From assembly GCA_051873775.1 (NCBI GenBank), contig JBJEFF010000154.1, forward strand, positions 1-29,034: a DNA stretch of 29,034 nt, written 5' to 3'. The stretch comes from Allobaculum sp. (lineage in GTDB: Bacteria; Bacillota_I; Bacilli_A; Erysipelotrichales; Erysipelotrichaceae). The position numbers were made by a program, and so were the translations under genes. This document shows, piece after piece, positions 10,101 to 19,577 of this stretch (its first letter is position 1; each line of letters begins with the position of its first letter). The notes beneath the pieces are model-generated. The model did no database searches. It was not told the DNA's origin and saw nothing but the letters and a program-made list of their open reading frames with translations.

Positions 10101-10983
10101 AATGCTATCTCCTTAGTCAAGAATATCTTGGATGGGGATTCTTGAAATGATATATGTGGAATCAGGGTGTGATACCTGATGTTTACTGTTGGGGTTTCTC
10201 AGGAAAAACGGACTGCTGCTAGCGGGCTTAGCCGCTCTTTGTTCATGTTCCTGTCACATTCTTTCGGACATGAGTCTGCAGCTTTCACTGCGATTTTTGG
10301 GGGAAAAATCAGCTGATCACACTGTATGCAGACAGCCAGTAAAAGATAAAAATTTAAATAGCCAACAGTTGAAAATGTTAAACGAATTTCTTGTTCTCTG
10401 CAACAAATTTATCCCGATACTTACGTGCGATTCTGTCTTTGAAAAAGATTCATAAAACTCTGGACTGAAACCTTTCATTCCTTAAAACCATTCAGAATCC
10501 GCAACCGGTCATTTCATCAGGCTATTCGGTCTGCGGGACAATCTGTGTACGGTATAGCTGGTTATGAACTAAAAATGAAAATGTTCATATTAGGTAAACA
10601 GTTTAATGCCTATCTTCTTTTATTCTAAATCAATTCGAATTGAATACTGACTATTTTTTTGAAATTATCCGAGAACCTTTCCACTGCTTTGTCCGTTTTC
10701 TTCTTCTGCATTCATCTTCTGCCTGCTCATGCAGTTCTGAAACCGGCAAATCGGAACATGACCTTCGATCTTCCTGTTTTGCTTCATGGGGGACACACAT
10801 GATGAAATCGGGGATGAATCGATAGAATACGAAGGATTTTTTAAACGGATTGGGGAGAAAACGATTTTACATTTGATCTTTTACCGGTGATTTATAGATA
10901 CTAGTTCTAGAAATACACCCGAACGGATAAAGCATAACGATGCTTTCCAGACTAAAACAAGAAACTACAGAAAGAGGATCACT

Positions 10984-12360
10984 ATGGAATATCGTATTGA
11001 ACATGATGTATTAGGTGAGGTGAAAGTTCCGGCGGACGCCTGCTGGATGTCCCAGACCCAGCGTTCCTTGGAGAACTTTCAGATCGGTGTTGAAAAGATG
11101 CCGCCGGTTCTGATTGATGCCTTCGCCTATCTGAAAATGGCATGCGCCATCGTCAACGAAGACAAAGGCAAGATTACATGCGAACAGAAAGATGCCATCC
11201 TGGAAGTCGGTCATATGATTCTCGAGGGCAAACTTTCCGACCAGTTCCCGCTTGCGATATGGCAGACCGGAAGCGGTACGCAGACCAACATGAATGTCAA
11301 CGAAGTCATCACCCATGTGGCGAACGAAAAAGCGGGTAAAGCTCTGCTGCACCCGAATGATACGGTCAACTGCTCCCAGTCTTCCAATGACACTTTCCCT
11401 TCTGCCCTGCATATTATGACGGCGCTTGAAGCCGTTCACATTCTTCTTCCTGCTGTCGACGAAGTTATTCAGACCTTAAAGGATCTTGAAGAAGAAAGTC
11501 GCGGCATTATTAAGATCGGCCGTACCCACCTTCAGGATGCAACTCCGTTATATGTCAGCGATGAAATCAGCGGCTGGCGCTCCATGCTGGAACACTCCTC
11601 AAAACAGATTGAGAATGCGCTTGGTTTCATCCGTGAGCTCGCCATCGGTGCAACAGCGGTCGGTTCCGGCCTCAACGCTCCAGAAAATTATGGACCTGTC
11701 GTGTGCAGTGTGCTGGCTGAGATGACCGGAATTCTGTTTCACTCAGACCCGAACTTCTTCCATGCCCTCACATCCAAAGATGCATGCACCTATTTCTCTG
11801 GTGCTTTAAAAGGTTTAGCTGCCAATGCGATGAAAATCGCCAATGACATTCGCTGGCTGGCTTCCGGACCTCGATGCGGCATCGGTGAAATGGAAATTCC
11901 GGCAAATGAACCAGGTTCTTCCATCATGCCGGGTAAAGTGAATCCGACTCAGTGCGAAGCTTTAACAATGGTAGCTGTTCAGGTTATGGGAAATGATGCG
12001 GCGATCGGTTTTGCGGCAAGCCAGGGTAACTTCGAGCTGAATGTCTTCATGCCGTTGATTGCCTACAATCTCGATCAGTCCATCCATTTACTTGCGGATG
12101 CTCTGCGCTCCTTTAACAAGAACTGCCTCAAAGGACTCAAAGTTAATAAACAGCGCACCAGAGAAAACCTTGAACATTCTCTGATGCTCGTAACCTGCCT
12201 CAATCCTGTGATCGGCTATGAGAATGCCGGTAAAGCTGCCCGCTTTGCGTTTGAAAATAACCTTTCCTTAAAAGAAGCAGTCTTAAGTCTCAACCTGCTG
12301 TCTTCCGAACAGTTTGAGGAACTCGTTGTTCCGGAAAAAATGGTTAAACCGCTTAAGTAG
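10984..12360 (+). CDS. fumC: Class II fumarate hydratase (fumarase C; aspartase/fumarase superfamily)
   Basis: The N-terminus YRIEHDVLGEVKVPADACW…QTQRSLENF, plus SQSSNDTFPSALHI and the signature GSSIMPGKVNPTQCEA, are present. Protein is 458 aa. RBS agaaagaggatcact ATG. Confidence 0.85.
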   Translation: MEYRIEHDVLGEVKVPADACWMSQTQRSLENFQIGVEKMPPVLIDAFAYLKMACAIVNEDKGKITCEQKDAILEVGHMILEGKLSDQFPLAIWQTGSGTQTNMNVNEVITHVANEKAGKALLHPNDTVNCSQSSNDTFPSALHIMTALEAVHILLPAVDEVIQTLKDLEEESRGIIKIGRTHLQDATPLYVSDEISGWRSMLEHSSKQIENALGFIRELAIGATAVGSGLNAPENYGPVVCSVLAEMTGILFHSDPNFFHALTSKDACTYFSGALKGLAANAMKIANDIRWLASGPRCGIGEMEIPANEPGSSIMPGKVNPTQCEALTMVAVQVMGNDAAIGFAASQGNFELNVFMPLIAYNLDQSIHLLADALRSFNKNCLKGLKVNKQRTRENLEHSLMLVTCLNPVIGYENAGKAARFAFENNLSLKEAVLSLNLLSSEQFEELVVPEKMVKPLK

Positions 12361-12412
12361 TTCCCTGCTGACGAGATCGTTCTTTTCGATCAATCAGAGA
12401 ATATCTGCCAGT

Positions 12413-12460
12413 AAAAAAATGACCTCCGCGGATCGTTAGATCGGGAGGTCATTTTATTTT
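12413..12460. terminator. Bidirectional terminator between convergent fumC and cls
   Basis: A 9-bp stem atgacctcc / ggaggtcat is flanked by an A7 run upstream and tttatttt downstream. Confidence 0.65.
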
Positions 12461-12488
12461 GGTCTGAATGTTTTCTTCTCTGTCTGTT

Positions 12489-14024
12489 TTACATCAACGG
12501 GGAGAAGACTTTAAGGAATTTACGGAATTCACGGAGGCCCGGATTCGTCTTTTCAATTTCCATCAGGGTCACGAGATGGGACTGTTCAAAAATATGTTCA
12601 AAGTCTTTTTTGATCTCCGGAATTGCGGGAGTCTTATAAATCCACGTACCGCATTCATAGTTGGAATAATACGAACGGAAATCCATATTCACCGTTCCGC
12701 ATAATGCCTGTTTTTCATCAACTAAGGTCACTTTGCCATGAATGAAGCCCGGAGTGTATTCATACACTTTGACCCCTTTTCGGGTCAGAATTTCTTCATT
12801 GGCTTTGGTAACTTCATAGACAAGTTTCTTATCCGGAATCGCCGGAACGACTATTCGTACATCAACACCATTTTCAACCGCAAGTTCGAGTGCCGACAAC
12901 ATTTCGTCTTCAAGAATCAGATACGGAGTTGTAATCCAGAATGTATGGTCTGCAAGCGAAATCATGTTCTGGTGGAATCGCTTGCCGATATTCTTGTCAT
13001 CGGTCGGTGAATCGAAGAATGGTAGTACATAACCTTCCTTACCGTCCTGATGGTAACTGCTGTAGTCACGAATATACGGTTCATACGGAGTATTGACATT
13101 GGACGAGTAGTTCCAGATCTGCAGGAAGGCGATCACAAACGGTTCAACAGCCTGTCCGCGGATCTCAATTCCCATGTCTTTCCAGTAACCGAAACGTTCG
13201 ATCCGGTTAACATATTCATCAGCGAGGTTAGAACCGCCGGTGAAGGCAACCTTGCCGTCGACAATAATCGTCTTACGGTGGTCACGGTTATTCATCTGTA
13301 TCGCAAGCTGGGGATGAACCGGGTTAAACGGATGAACCTGAATGCCTTTAGCGCGCAGCCTGTCATCGAATCCTTCCGGAAGATTGAGAATGCATCCGAA
13401 GTCATCGTACATTAAGCGCACATCAACACCTTCAGCTGCTTTCTGTTCGAGCACTTCAATCATTTCATCGAGCACAGTCCCCTGGTCGATGATGTAAGTT
13501 TCAATAAAAATGTAATCCTTTGCCTGACGTATGGCTTCAAGCTGAGCCGCAAACTGTTCTTCTCCGGTTGGATAGTACTTGCATCCCATGTTGTAGTACA
13601 CCGGAAAGAAACCGTTGTTCCAGCCAAGCGAAGTCATTCTCAGTAATGTGGAATCCTCTATGCCGCTCTGTGAGAGTGTTTCAAGATTCTGTTCGGCATA
13701 TGCGGTGTAGTCGGCATATGCCTGACGGTCCTGAATCATCAGGGCTTTCGGGATCTTACGTCCGCCAAAAAGCAGGTACAGAATACCGCCGAAGAACGGC
13801 AAGGCCATAATCATGAACACCCACAGTATTTTGGATGAAGAATCCGAATCACGGTTAATCACAAACATCGAGACCACAACACTCAAAACGAGCATCGCAT
13901 AATAGATCGGCATGAATTCTGTGCCGAAGTAGGACATTAAGATCACCAGAATGATTAACTGAATGAAGAGCGAAATGCCGATATACAGTGCCTTAGACTT
14001 GATGATTTTCTTCAGTGTTTTCAA
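12489..14024 (-). CDS. cls: Cardiolipin synthase (phospholipase-D superfamily, two HKD motifs)
   Basis: Two N-terminal TM helices. Two HxKxxxxD motifs: HRKTIIVDGKVAFTGGSN and HGKVTLVDEKQALCGTVN. Protein is 511 aa. The start is TTG, with RBS aaggag 7 nt upstream. Confidence 0.85.
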   Translation of the reverse strand: MKTLKKIIKSKALYIGISLFIQLIILVILMSYFGTEFMPIYYAMLVLSVVVSMFVINRDSDSSSKILWVFMIMALPFFGGILYLLFGGRKIPKALMIQDRQAYADYTAYAEQNLETLSQSGIEDSTLLRMTSLGWNNGFFPVYYNMGCKYYPTGEEQFAAQLEAIRQAKDYIFIETYIIDQGTVLDEMIEVLEQKAAEGVDVRLMYDDFGCILNLPEGFDDRLRAKGIQVHPFNPVHPQLAIQMNNRDHRKTIIVDGKVAFTGGSNLADEYVNRIERFGYWKDMGIEIRGQAVEPFVIAFLQIWNYSSNVNTPYEPYIRDYSSYHQDGKEGYVLPFFDSPTDDKNIGKRFHQNMISLADHTFWITTPYLILEDEMLSALELAVENGVDVRIVVPAIPDKKLVYEVTKANEEILTRKGVKVYEYTPGFIHGKVTLVDEKQALCGTVNMDFRSYYSNYECGTWIYKTPAIPEIKKDFEHIFEQSHLVTLMEIEKTNPGLREFRKFLKVFSPLM

Positions 14025-14651
14025 CAGATCTCACTCCTTTCTGACCTGTTTTGGTTCATTCTATTTCTGAAGTATTCCGATGAAATAAACTGACCGCACA
14101 TAAGCCAACCACAGCTTATGGACAGAGCAATTTCCTGATCACTGTGAGTGATCAGAATTCTGTTTTGTTGTTACAGTCAAAAAATTACTTTTTATCGAAA
14201 TACGATTTATTTTTATTCTTATTCAATAAAATCCATATATCCAACAGTGTAACAGATTTTCACCGGATTCAACCTTTCATTACCTGAGAAATCCGCGGTT
14301 TATGAATGAACAGGTTTTCAAATTCATTCTGTGTTATACCGTTCTTTTGTTAAGCAAATCGCAAAGATAGATAAAGAATTAGGAAACTTTCAAAGTAAGG
14401 AAAAGTTGAAGAAATAATGTATACAATAAAAACGGGATTTTCAAAATGGAGTTTCTCCATATTCATGATTTCCACGGAAATATTTAAAAGATATGAATAG
14501 AGCTTAATTTCAAATCAGACTGCTGTTTTGGAAAATCGGAAAGCTTTATAATTCAGAAGAAACACACAGAAAACGGACGAGTAAAATCAACCATACATAT
14601 ATAATGAAATCACTGAAAAGGCCTACGTCCGAAACATAACAGGTACGAAAG

Positions 14652-17366
14652 ATGAAAACGAAAAAATACCCCTTTACTCAGAACCGCGAACTCTCGTGGC
14701 TTAAATTCAACCAGCGTGTTCTCGAAGAAGCGGCGGATCCGCGCGTAGCCCTGCTCGAGCGCCTGAAATTCGTTGCGATTTTTACATCAAACCTCGATGA
14801 ATTTTTCATGGTGCGCTGCGGCAGTCTGCTTGATATGTCCTTAGTCGACAATAAAAAAACGGATAATAAATCCGGGATGACATCGACCCAGCAGCTCGAG
14901 GCTATTTACAGCGAAACCTCCAAGCTTTATAAAATGCGCGATACGGTTGTGCGCAATTTAACCAACACCCTGCGTGAAGTGCAGATTGAACCGCTCAGTT
15001 TCAAAAATCTCAACAAGAAACAGACGAAATTTATCACGTCATATTTTGAAAAAGAACTTTCCCCGCTCCTGGCTCCTCAGATTATGGATGTCCATCATCC
15101 CTTCCCTTTTCTAATCAACAAGGAGTGCTATATCTTTTTCCGCATAGTTGAAGAAGGCAAGACCCGTTACGGAATTGTCCCCATTCCTTCCTACCTGCCT
15201 TCCATTATTTATCTCAATGAGGAAAAGACCCAGTACATCCGGACCAGTCAGGTGATTCTTGCCCTGCTCGACCGCATGTTTGAAAAATCGCATATTACAT
15301 TCAAGACAATTATCCGTGTTACCCGTAATGCCGATATTAACCTGAATGCGGCGGATATCGAGGATGATGAAGATTACCGCTCCTATATGAAGACGATTCT
15401 CAAAAAGAGAAACCGTCTGACTCCGATCCGCCTTGAAGTTGCCCGCAATATCGATAATGAGGCCCTTAATTATCTGTGCAAGCAGCTGCATCTGCATAAA
15501 GCTCAGGTCTTCATTTCCAAGCACTGTCCGCTCGATCCGTCCTACCTCTTCAGTATGATTGACAAGCTGCCGATTCATCTCAATAAAGCGATGAGCTATA
15601 AAGCGATGACTCCGCAGACGAATTATCGTCTTAATCCGGATGAGTCGATCATGAATCAGGTTCTCGATCATGATGTGATGCTTTACTATCCGTATCAGGA
15701 TATCGACTTCTTCATTCGTCTTCTTAAGGAAGCGGCGAGCGATCCGCGTGTACTGTCCATTTCGATTACCATCTACCGTCTTGCCAAGAATTCCAAAGTT
15801 GTCAAGTATCTGTGCCGGGCAGCGGAAAACGGCAAGAATGTCACAGTTTTAATGGAACTGCGTGCCCGCTTTGACGAACAGAACAACATTCAGGCAGCTG
15901 AACGGCTTGAAGAGGCGGGTGTCAATGTCTTCTATGGTTTTGATGACTACAAAGTGCATTCCAAACTGATGCTCATGACGCTGAAAGACCACGATCATAT
16001 CCGGACCATCACTCAGATCGGAACCGGAAACTATAACGAAAAGACCAGCCATCAGTACACCGATTTTTCACTGATGACCCCGAATCCCGAAATCGGAATG
16101 GATGCGACCGCATTCTTCCAGAATATGAATGTCTCCAACCTGCATGGCGATTATAAAAAACTGATTGTTTCTCCAAATCAGCTTAAAGAAGCGGTCATCA
16201 ATATGCTTGATGAACAGATTGCCTTAGCTCAGGAAGGAAAGAAAGCCCGTGCCTGGTTTAAGATGAACTCTTTAACCGACCTTGAACTGATCGCTAAACT
16301 TACCGAAGCTTCTCAGGCGGGTGTTGAGATCCGCATGATCATCCGCGGCATCTGCTGCATTCTGCCGGGATTGAAGAATTATACCGAGAACATCGAAATT
16401 CATTCGATTGTCGGCCGTTTCCTGGAACATGGTCGTATGTATCTGTTCGGTGAAGGAGAAAATGAGAAAATTTATATTTCTTCAGCCGATTTCATGACCC
16501 GAAATACCGAACGCCGTGTTGAAGTGGGTGTTCCGGTCGAAGACGAACAGTTACGCAATGAGCTGCATGAATACTTTGAACTGCAGTTCAAAGACAACAT
16601 CAAAGGAAGAAAACTGCTTCCTTCCGGTTATTACACCAAACTCGATTCTGACAGTGAAGAACTGATTGATTCACAGGATAAATTTATCGAGATCGCCCGG
16701 GACCGCCGGTTCAGACCGATTGCCGATGTCAAGAAGATGGTTTCCTTCACCACAAAGGCTAGAACGCTCTATCCGTACAGCACTCCGGCTAAAAACCTCT
16801 TTACTTTCGCTCAGAATCAGAATCCGTTTAACCAGAACCCTCTAAACGAAGGTATCGACAATATGATGCTGCCGCTCGATACTCCCGCCTTACAGGTCGT
16901 GGAAAACACCCGTACAGTCGAAAAAATCATTTCTGCTCCCCAAGACCCGCTGCCAGTTCTACTACAGACCCAGACAATTGAAACTCCTGTTCAACCGGAT
17001 CAGCCCATTCTGATTCAGACAGAACCAGAACCAGTCGTAACTGAAGATATGCCTGATCCAGTCACTCTCTCCGACCCAGTGGAAAAAGAGACTGAAAACA
17101 CAATTGAAGAAATCACTGAAACCAAACCAGATCCCCGGATTGACACTGAAGTAATTGCTACAACCGTGCCAACAGAAAGCGAAGTAACAAAAAATACAGA
17201 AGAACCGGTTCATGAACCATCTAAACCTCAGACAGATCATCCGGAACCAGCCACTGTTGTCAGCGAGAAAACGGACCCGGACACTGAGCCGCAGCACGAC
17301 AAAACAAAATCTGCTTCTCCAGAGCCTTCTTCATGGTTCAAAAAATTCTTGGACTTCTTCCGCTAA
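14652..17366 (+). CDS. ppk: Polyphosphate kinase 1 with a C-terminal low-complexity extension of about 200-230 aa
   Basis: Canonical PPK1 N-terminus NRELSWLKFNQRVLEEAADPRVALLERLKFVAIFTSNLDEFFMVR and a PLD-like C-domain. The protein is 904 aa, against about 700 for typical PPK1. The last ~225 residues are P/E/T/Q/D-rich and non-globular. Confidence 0.85.
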   Translation: MKTKKYPFTQNRELSWLKFNQRVLEEAADPRVALLERLKFVAIFTSNLDEFFMVRCGSLLDMSLVDNKKTDNKSGMTSTQQLEAIYSETSKLYKMRDTVVRNLTNTLREVQIEPLSFKNLNKKQTKFITSYFEKELSPLLAPQIMDVHHPFPFLINKECYIFFRIVEEGKTRYGIVPIPSYLPSIIYLNEEKTQYIRTSQVILALLDRMFEKSHITFKTIIRVTRNADINLNAADIEDDEDYRSYMKTILKKRNRLTPIRLEVARNIDNEALNYLCKQLHLHKAQVFISKHCPLDPSYLFSMIDKLPIHLNKAMSYKAMTPQTNYRLNPDESIMNQVLDHDVMLYYPYQDIDFFIRLLKEAASDPRVLSISITIYRLAKNSKVVKYLCRAAENGKNVTVLMELRARFDEQNNIQAAERLEEAGVNVFYGFDDYKVHSKLMLMTLKDHDHIRTITQIGTGNYNEKTSHQYTDFSLMTPNPEIGMDATAFFQNMNVSNLHGDYKKLIVSPNQLKEAVINMLDEQIALAQEGKKARAWFKMNSLTDLELIAKLTEASQAGVEIRMIIRGICCILPGLKNYTENIEIHSIVGRFLEHGRMYLFGEGENEKIYISSADFMTRNTERRVEVGVPVEDEQLRNELHEYFELQFKDNIKGRKLLPSGYYTKLDSDSEELIDSQDKFIEIARDRRFRPIADVKKMVSFTTKARTLYPYSTPAKNLFTFAQNQNPFNQNPLNEGIDNMMLPLDTPALQVVENTRTVEKIISAPQDPLPVLLQTQTIETPVQPDQPILIQTEPEPVVTEDMPDPVTLSDPVEKETENTIEEITETKPDPRIDTEVIATTVPTESEVTKNTEEPVHEPSKPQTDHPEPATVVSEKTDPDTEPQHDKTKSASPEPSSWFKKFLDFFR

Positions 17367-17420
17367 ACTGGATTATTTTCTGAATCCATATAGGTAATAA
17401 GGATTCCGCCATTTCGAATC

Positions 17421-17450
17421 GGGCACTGATATTTCATCAGTGCTCTTTTG
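17421..17450 (+). terminator. Rho-independent terminator after ppk
   Basis: Stem gcactgat / atcagtgc, loop atttc, then tctttt. Confidence 0.6.
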
Positions 17451-17475
17451 GTATTGTGCAAAAAATTGGTACAAT
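17448..17475 (+). promoter_or_regulatory. Putative sigma-A type promoter for the downstream hypothetical gene
   Basis: -35 TTGGTA (17448-17453), 16-nt spacer, then an extended -10 TGgTACAAT (17467-17475). It lies about 70 nt upstream of the RBS-supported ATG at 17544. Confidence 0.4.
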
Positions 17476-17543
17476 CAAAACCGATCCTTAATAAGACCGG
17501 AGTCCAAAACAGACTCCAATGGCATAAGAAGGGAGAACAGATT

Positions 17544-18779
17544 ATGAATAAAAAAGAACTTGGCGAACTGAAAAAACAGTTAAAGTACGATAACGATAAA
17601 CTCTACCTGAAAGGCATTCAGGAAGGCTACGGCCGCTGTAATGACGGCGAGCCGGTTGTCCGCTTTACCCGCCTGATCAACGGCGAAACACTCGAAAAAG
17701 AAGAAGGCGAACTTTATTTTGACATTTTTAAAAAGAGTCTGTCCGGAACCTATGGCAAGAACCTGATCGAATACGGATTTGACAATGGCGATCCCCAGGC
17801 CAAAAAGCTGCAGGAAACTTTCTTTGACTACAAGAACGGTTCTCTTTTAAAAGAAGAAGAATTCCAGGCACTTGTTCAGGAATTACTGGTGAAAGGCGAC
17901 TACCGCAATCCGGTTTATATTACCGCCGGCATTTTCGAATATGCCGCACCGGGCTTAAATGCGAATAATGAGATCCTTGAAGAAAACTCGGTTTTCCGCT
18001 TCATGATCGTTGCGGTATCCGAAGCAAAACTCACTGAAATTGGTCTCTACTATAACCATCAGACCAATGAAGTCCAGCGCAAGGTCAACGATGAAATGCA
18101 GATCGTGCCACAGCCATTAGATGCATTCCTCTATCCGTCTTTCAGCGGACGTGCAAGTGATGTCAACCATTTCCTCTATCACTCCAAAACCGCAAAGAAA
18201 CCGAATATTGAATTAATCGAAGAATATTTCCATATTCCGTTTATCAGTTCTGCTCCGGAACAGACCGAGGGATTTGCGAAAGTCATTGCCGATGTCTTCC
18301 CGAAAGGAATGGAAACAAAAACAGCTCTCAAATTCCATGAAAACCTCTCTGACTACATTGCCGAGAACAGCGAAGAAGACTCTATGGTCATGATGGACAA
18401 GTCCCGCATTAAAGACCTGCTCGTAGCATCCGGTGCCCGTGAAGAAAATATGCGCTTCTTTGATTCTTCCTTTACGAAGATTCTCGAAGATCAGGAAGTT
18501 GCCGCAATCAACCTGATGGAGAAAGGTAAAGTTTCTCTGAAGGCTCCTTCTATATCGATCTCGATTAAAGATGATGCCCTTGAACATGTCAAAACCAGAA
18601 ACATCGATGGCCACAACTGCCTCGTGATTGAAATGGACGACGGTCTGGAAATTTCCGGTTTACCGGCTAACCTTCTGCAGCCGGCAAAATCTGTTCACGT
18701 CATTCAGCCAGCTTCTCAGATCCCGGCAGCAGAACCTGCAAGTACAGAAACGCCTGACCTGACACAGTCTTTGGAATAA
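17544..18779 (+). CDS. Conserved hypothetical protein (about 411 aa; possibly DUF4317-like, unverified)
   Basis: The long ORF has uniform coding character. An internal ATG at 17544 is preceded by a GGGAG RBS (aagggagaacagatt ATG). The ORF-track start at 17448 lies inside the ppk terminator/promoter and is rejected. No motif I can name. Confidence 0.55.
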   Translation: MNKKELGELKKQLKYDNDKLYLKGIQEGYGRCNDGEPVVRFTRLINGETLEKEEGELYFDIFKKSLSGTYGKNLIEYGFDNGDPQAKKLQETFFDYKNGSLLKEEEFQALVQELLVKGDYRNPVYITAGIFEYAAPGLNANNEILEENSVFRFMIVAVSEAKLTEIGLYYNHQTNEVQRKVNDEMQIVPQPLDAFLYPSFSGRASDVNHFLYHSKTAKKPNIELIEEYFHIPFISSAPEQTEGFAKVIADVFPKGMETKTALKFHENLSDYIAENSEEDSMVMMDKSRIKDLLVASGAREENMRFFDSSFTKILEDQEVAAINLMEKGKVSLKAPSISISIKDDALEHVKTRNIDGHNCLVIEMDDGLEISGLPANLLQPAKSVHVIQPASQIPAAEPASTETPDLTQSLE

Positions 18780-18878
18780 AGATTTTTCAGGTTTATCCAA
18801 AATATTTTTTAATCGAAAACGGACGGTTCTCAAGGAGAGAAATTTAGTCAGCTGCGTGACTTCAAGGTCATTTTCATT

Positions 18879-19376
18879 ATGAACGGCGACATCGTTAAGG
18901 ACGGACAGCCGATTCATCACATCGATCTTACAGCTCATAATAGCCTTGAAGCTCGTAATATTCCTGATGGCATCCAGATTGTCAACGGTGCCTATCGGGG
19001 AGATGATGATCTTGGCAGACTGATGCATGATTTTCATTGCGTAAAAGTCGATGACATGTTTCTCGAACCAATGGCCGAGGAAATGAGATTTCTGAAAGAA
19101 AAAAAGGAAGGACGAAATTTTGTGCGTGAAAATATTCGTAATCTGATCAAAGAGGAATTCAAAGACGAGATCGCCCGGGAACGTGCGATCGCAGAACAAA
19201 TAGAAGCTGAAAAGGCAAAAGCCGAAATTGAAAAGGCAAAAGCTGAAGCTGAAAACGCAAAGACTGACATTGCTCTAAAACTGCTAGCTGATAATAAGTA
19301 TTCTTCTGAAGATATCTGCAGACTGACCGGCTTATCGATAGATGAAATTCTCGATCTTAAGAAGAAACTGAATTAA
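18879..19376 (+). CDS. Rpn/YhgA-family (TIGR01784, DUF4351-like) C-terminal-domain protein; likely a truncated remnant of a PD-(D/E)xK putative transposase/recombination-promoting nuclease
   Basis: It ends with an E/K/A-rich helix (ERAIAEQIEAEKAKAEIEKAKAEAENAK) followed by DIALKLLADNKYSSEDICRLTGLSIDEILDL. This is the hallmark C-terminus of TIGR01784/Rpn proteins. The N-terminal PD-(D/E)xK domain of about 150 aa is missing. Confidence 0.45.
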   Translation: MNGDIVKDGQPIHHIDLTAHNSLEARNIPDGIQIVNGAYRGDDDLGRLMHDFHCVKVDDMFLEPMAEEMRFLKEKKEGRNFVRENIRNLIKEEFKDEIARERAIAEQIEAEKAKAEIEKAKAEAENAKTDIALKLLADNKYSSEDICRLTGLSIDEILDLKKKLN

Positions 19377-19407
19377 ACAAAACCTACATCAGACTCTACT
19401 TGAACTG

Positions 19408-19446
19408 AGGACGGGATCAGTTTTTTTTCCGCTCCCGTCTTTTTCT
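19408..19446 (+). terminator. Rho-independent terminator after the Rpn-like ORF
   Basis: Stem gacggga / tcccgtc with a loop containing T8, followed by ttttt. Confidence 0.6.
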
Positions 19447-19470
19447 GTTCTTCACGGATCAGTATTAAAA

Positions 19471-19523
19471 ATCAGCTAATAGGAAGATAAAGTCTGTACT
19501 CAGTTGTCTTCCTATTAGCTGAT
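19471..19523 (-). terminator. Perfect 17-bp inverted repeat (atcagctaataggaaga / tcttcctattagctgat, 19-nt loop); probable terminator of the - strand HAD gene
   Basis: The perfect 17-bp palindromic arms are at 19471-19487 and 19507-19523. On the - strand the hairpin is followed by ttttaatact. Confidence 0.5.
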
Positions 19524-19577
19524 CTAGTTTGTTACAACTTTTTGATGAATTGAAAAATTAATTTCCGCATCTACTGG

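Noticed and set aside
10631-10642. Perfect 12-bp palindrome caattcgaattg
   Set aside because: It is short and isolated, has no second copy or adjacent gene start, and lies in AT-rich DNA.
10189-10825. Small ORFs of 88 aa (10189-10455) and 61 aa (10640-10825) in the pulA/fumC intergenic region
   Set aside because: No convincing RBS or start context. Composition is Cys/Ser-rich and low-complexity. They lie in a divergent promoter region. Likely spurious.
15111-15671. 186-aa - strand ORF inside ppk
   Set aside because: Antisense to a canonical, motif-rich PPK1 reading frame.
17448-17543. ORF-track 5' extensions (17448; likewise 22352-22393 and 26336-26392)
   Set aside because: Internal ATGs with good Shine-Dalgarno spacing exist (17544, 22351, 26335). 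The extensions run into terminator or promoter sequence and lack RBSs.
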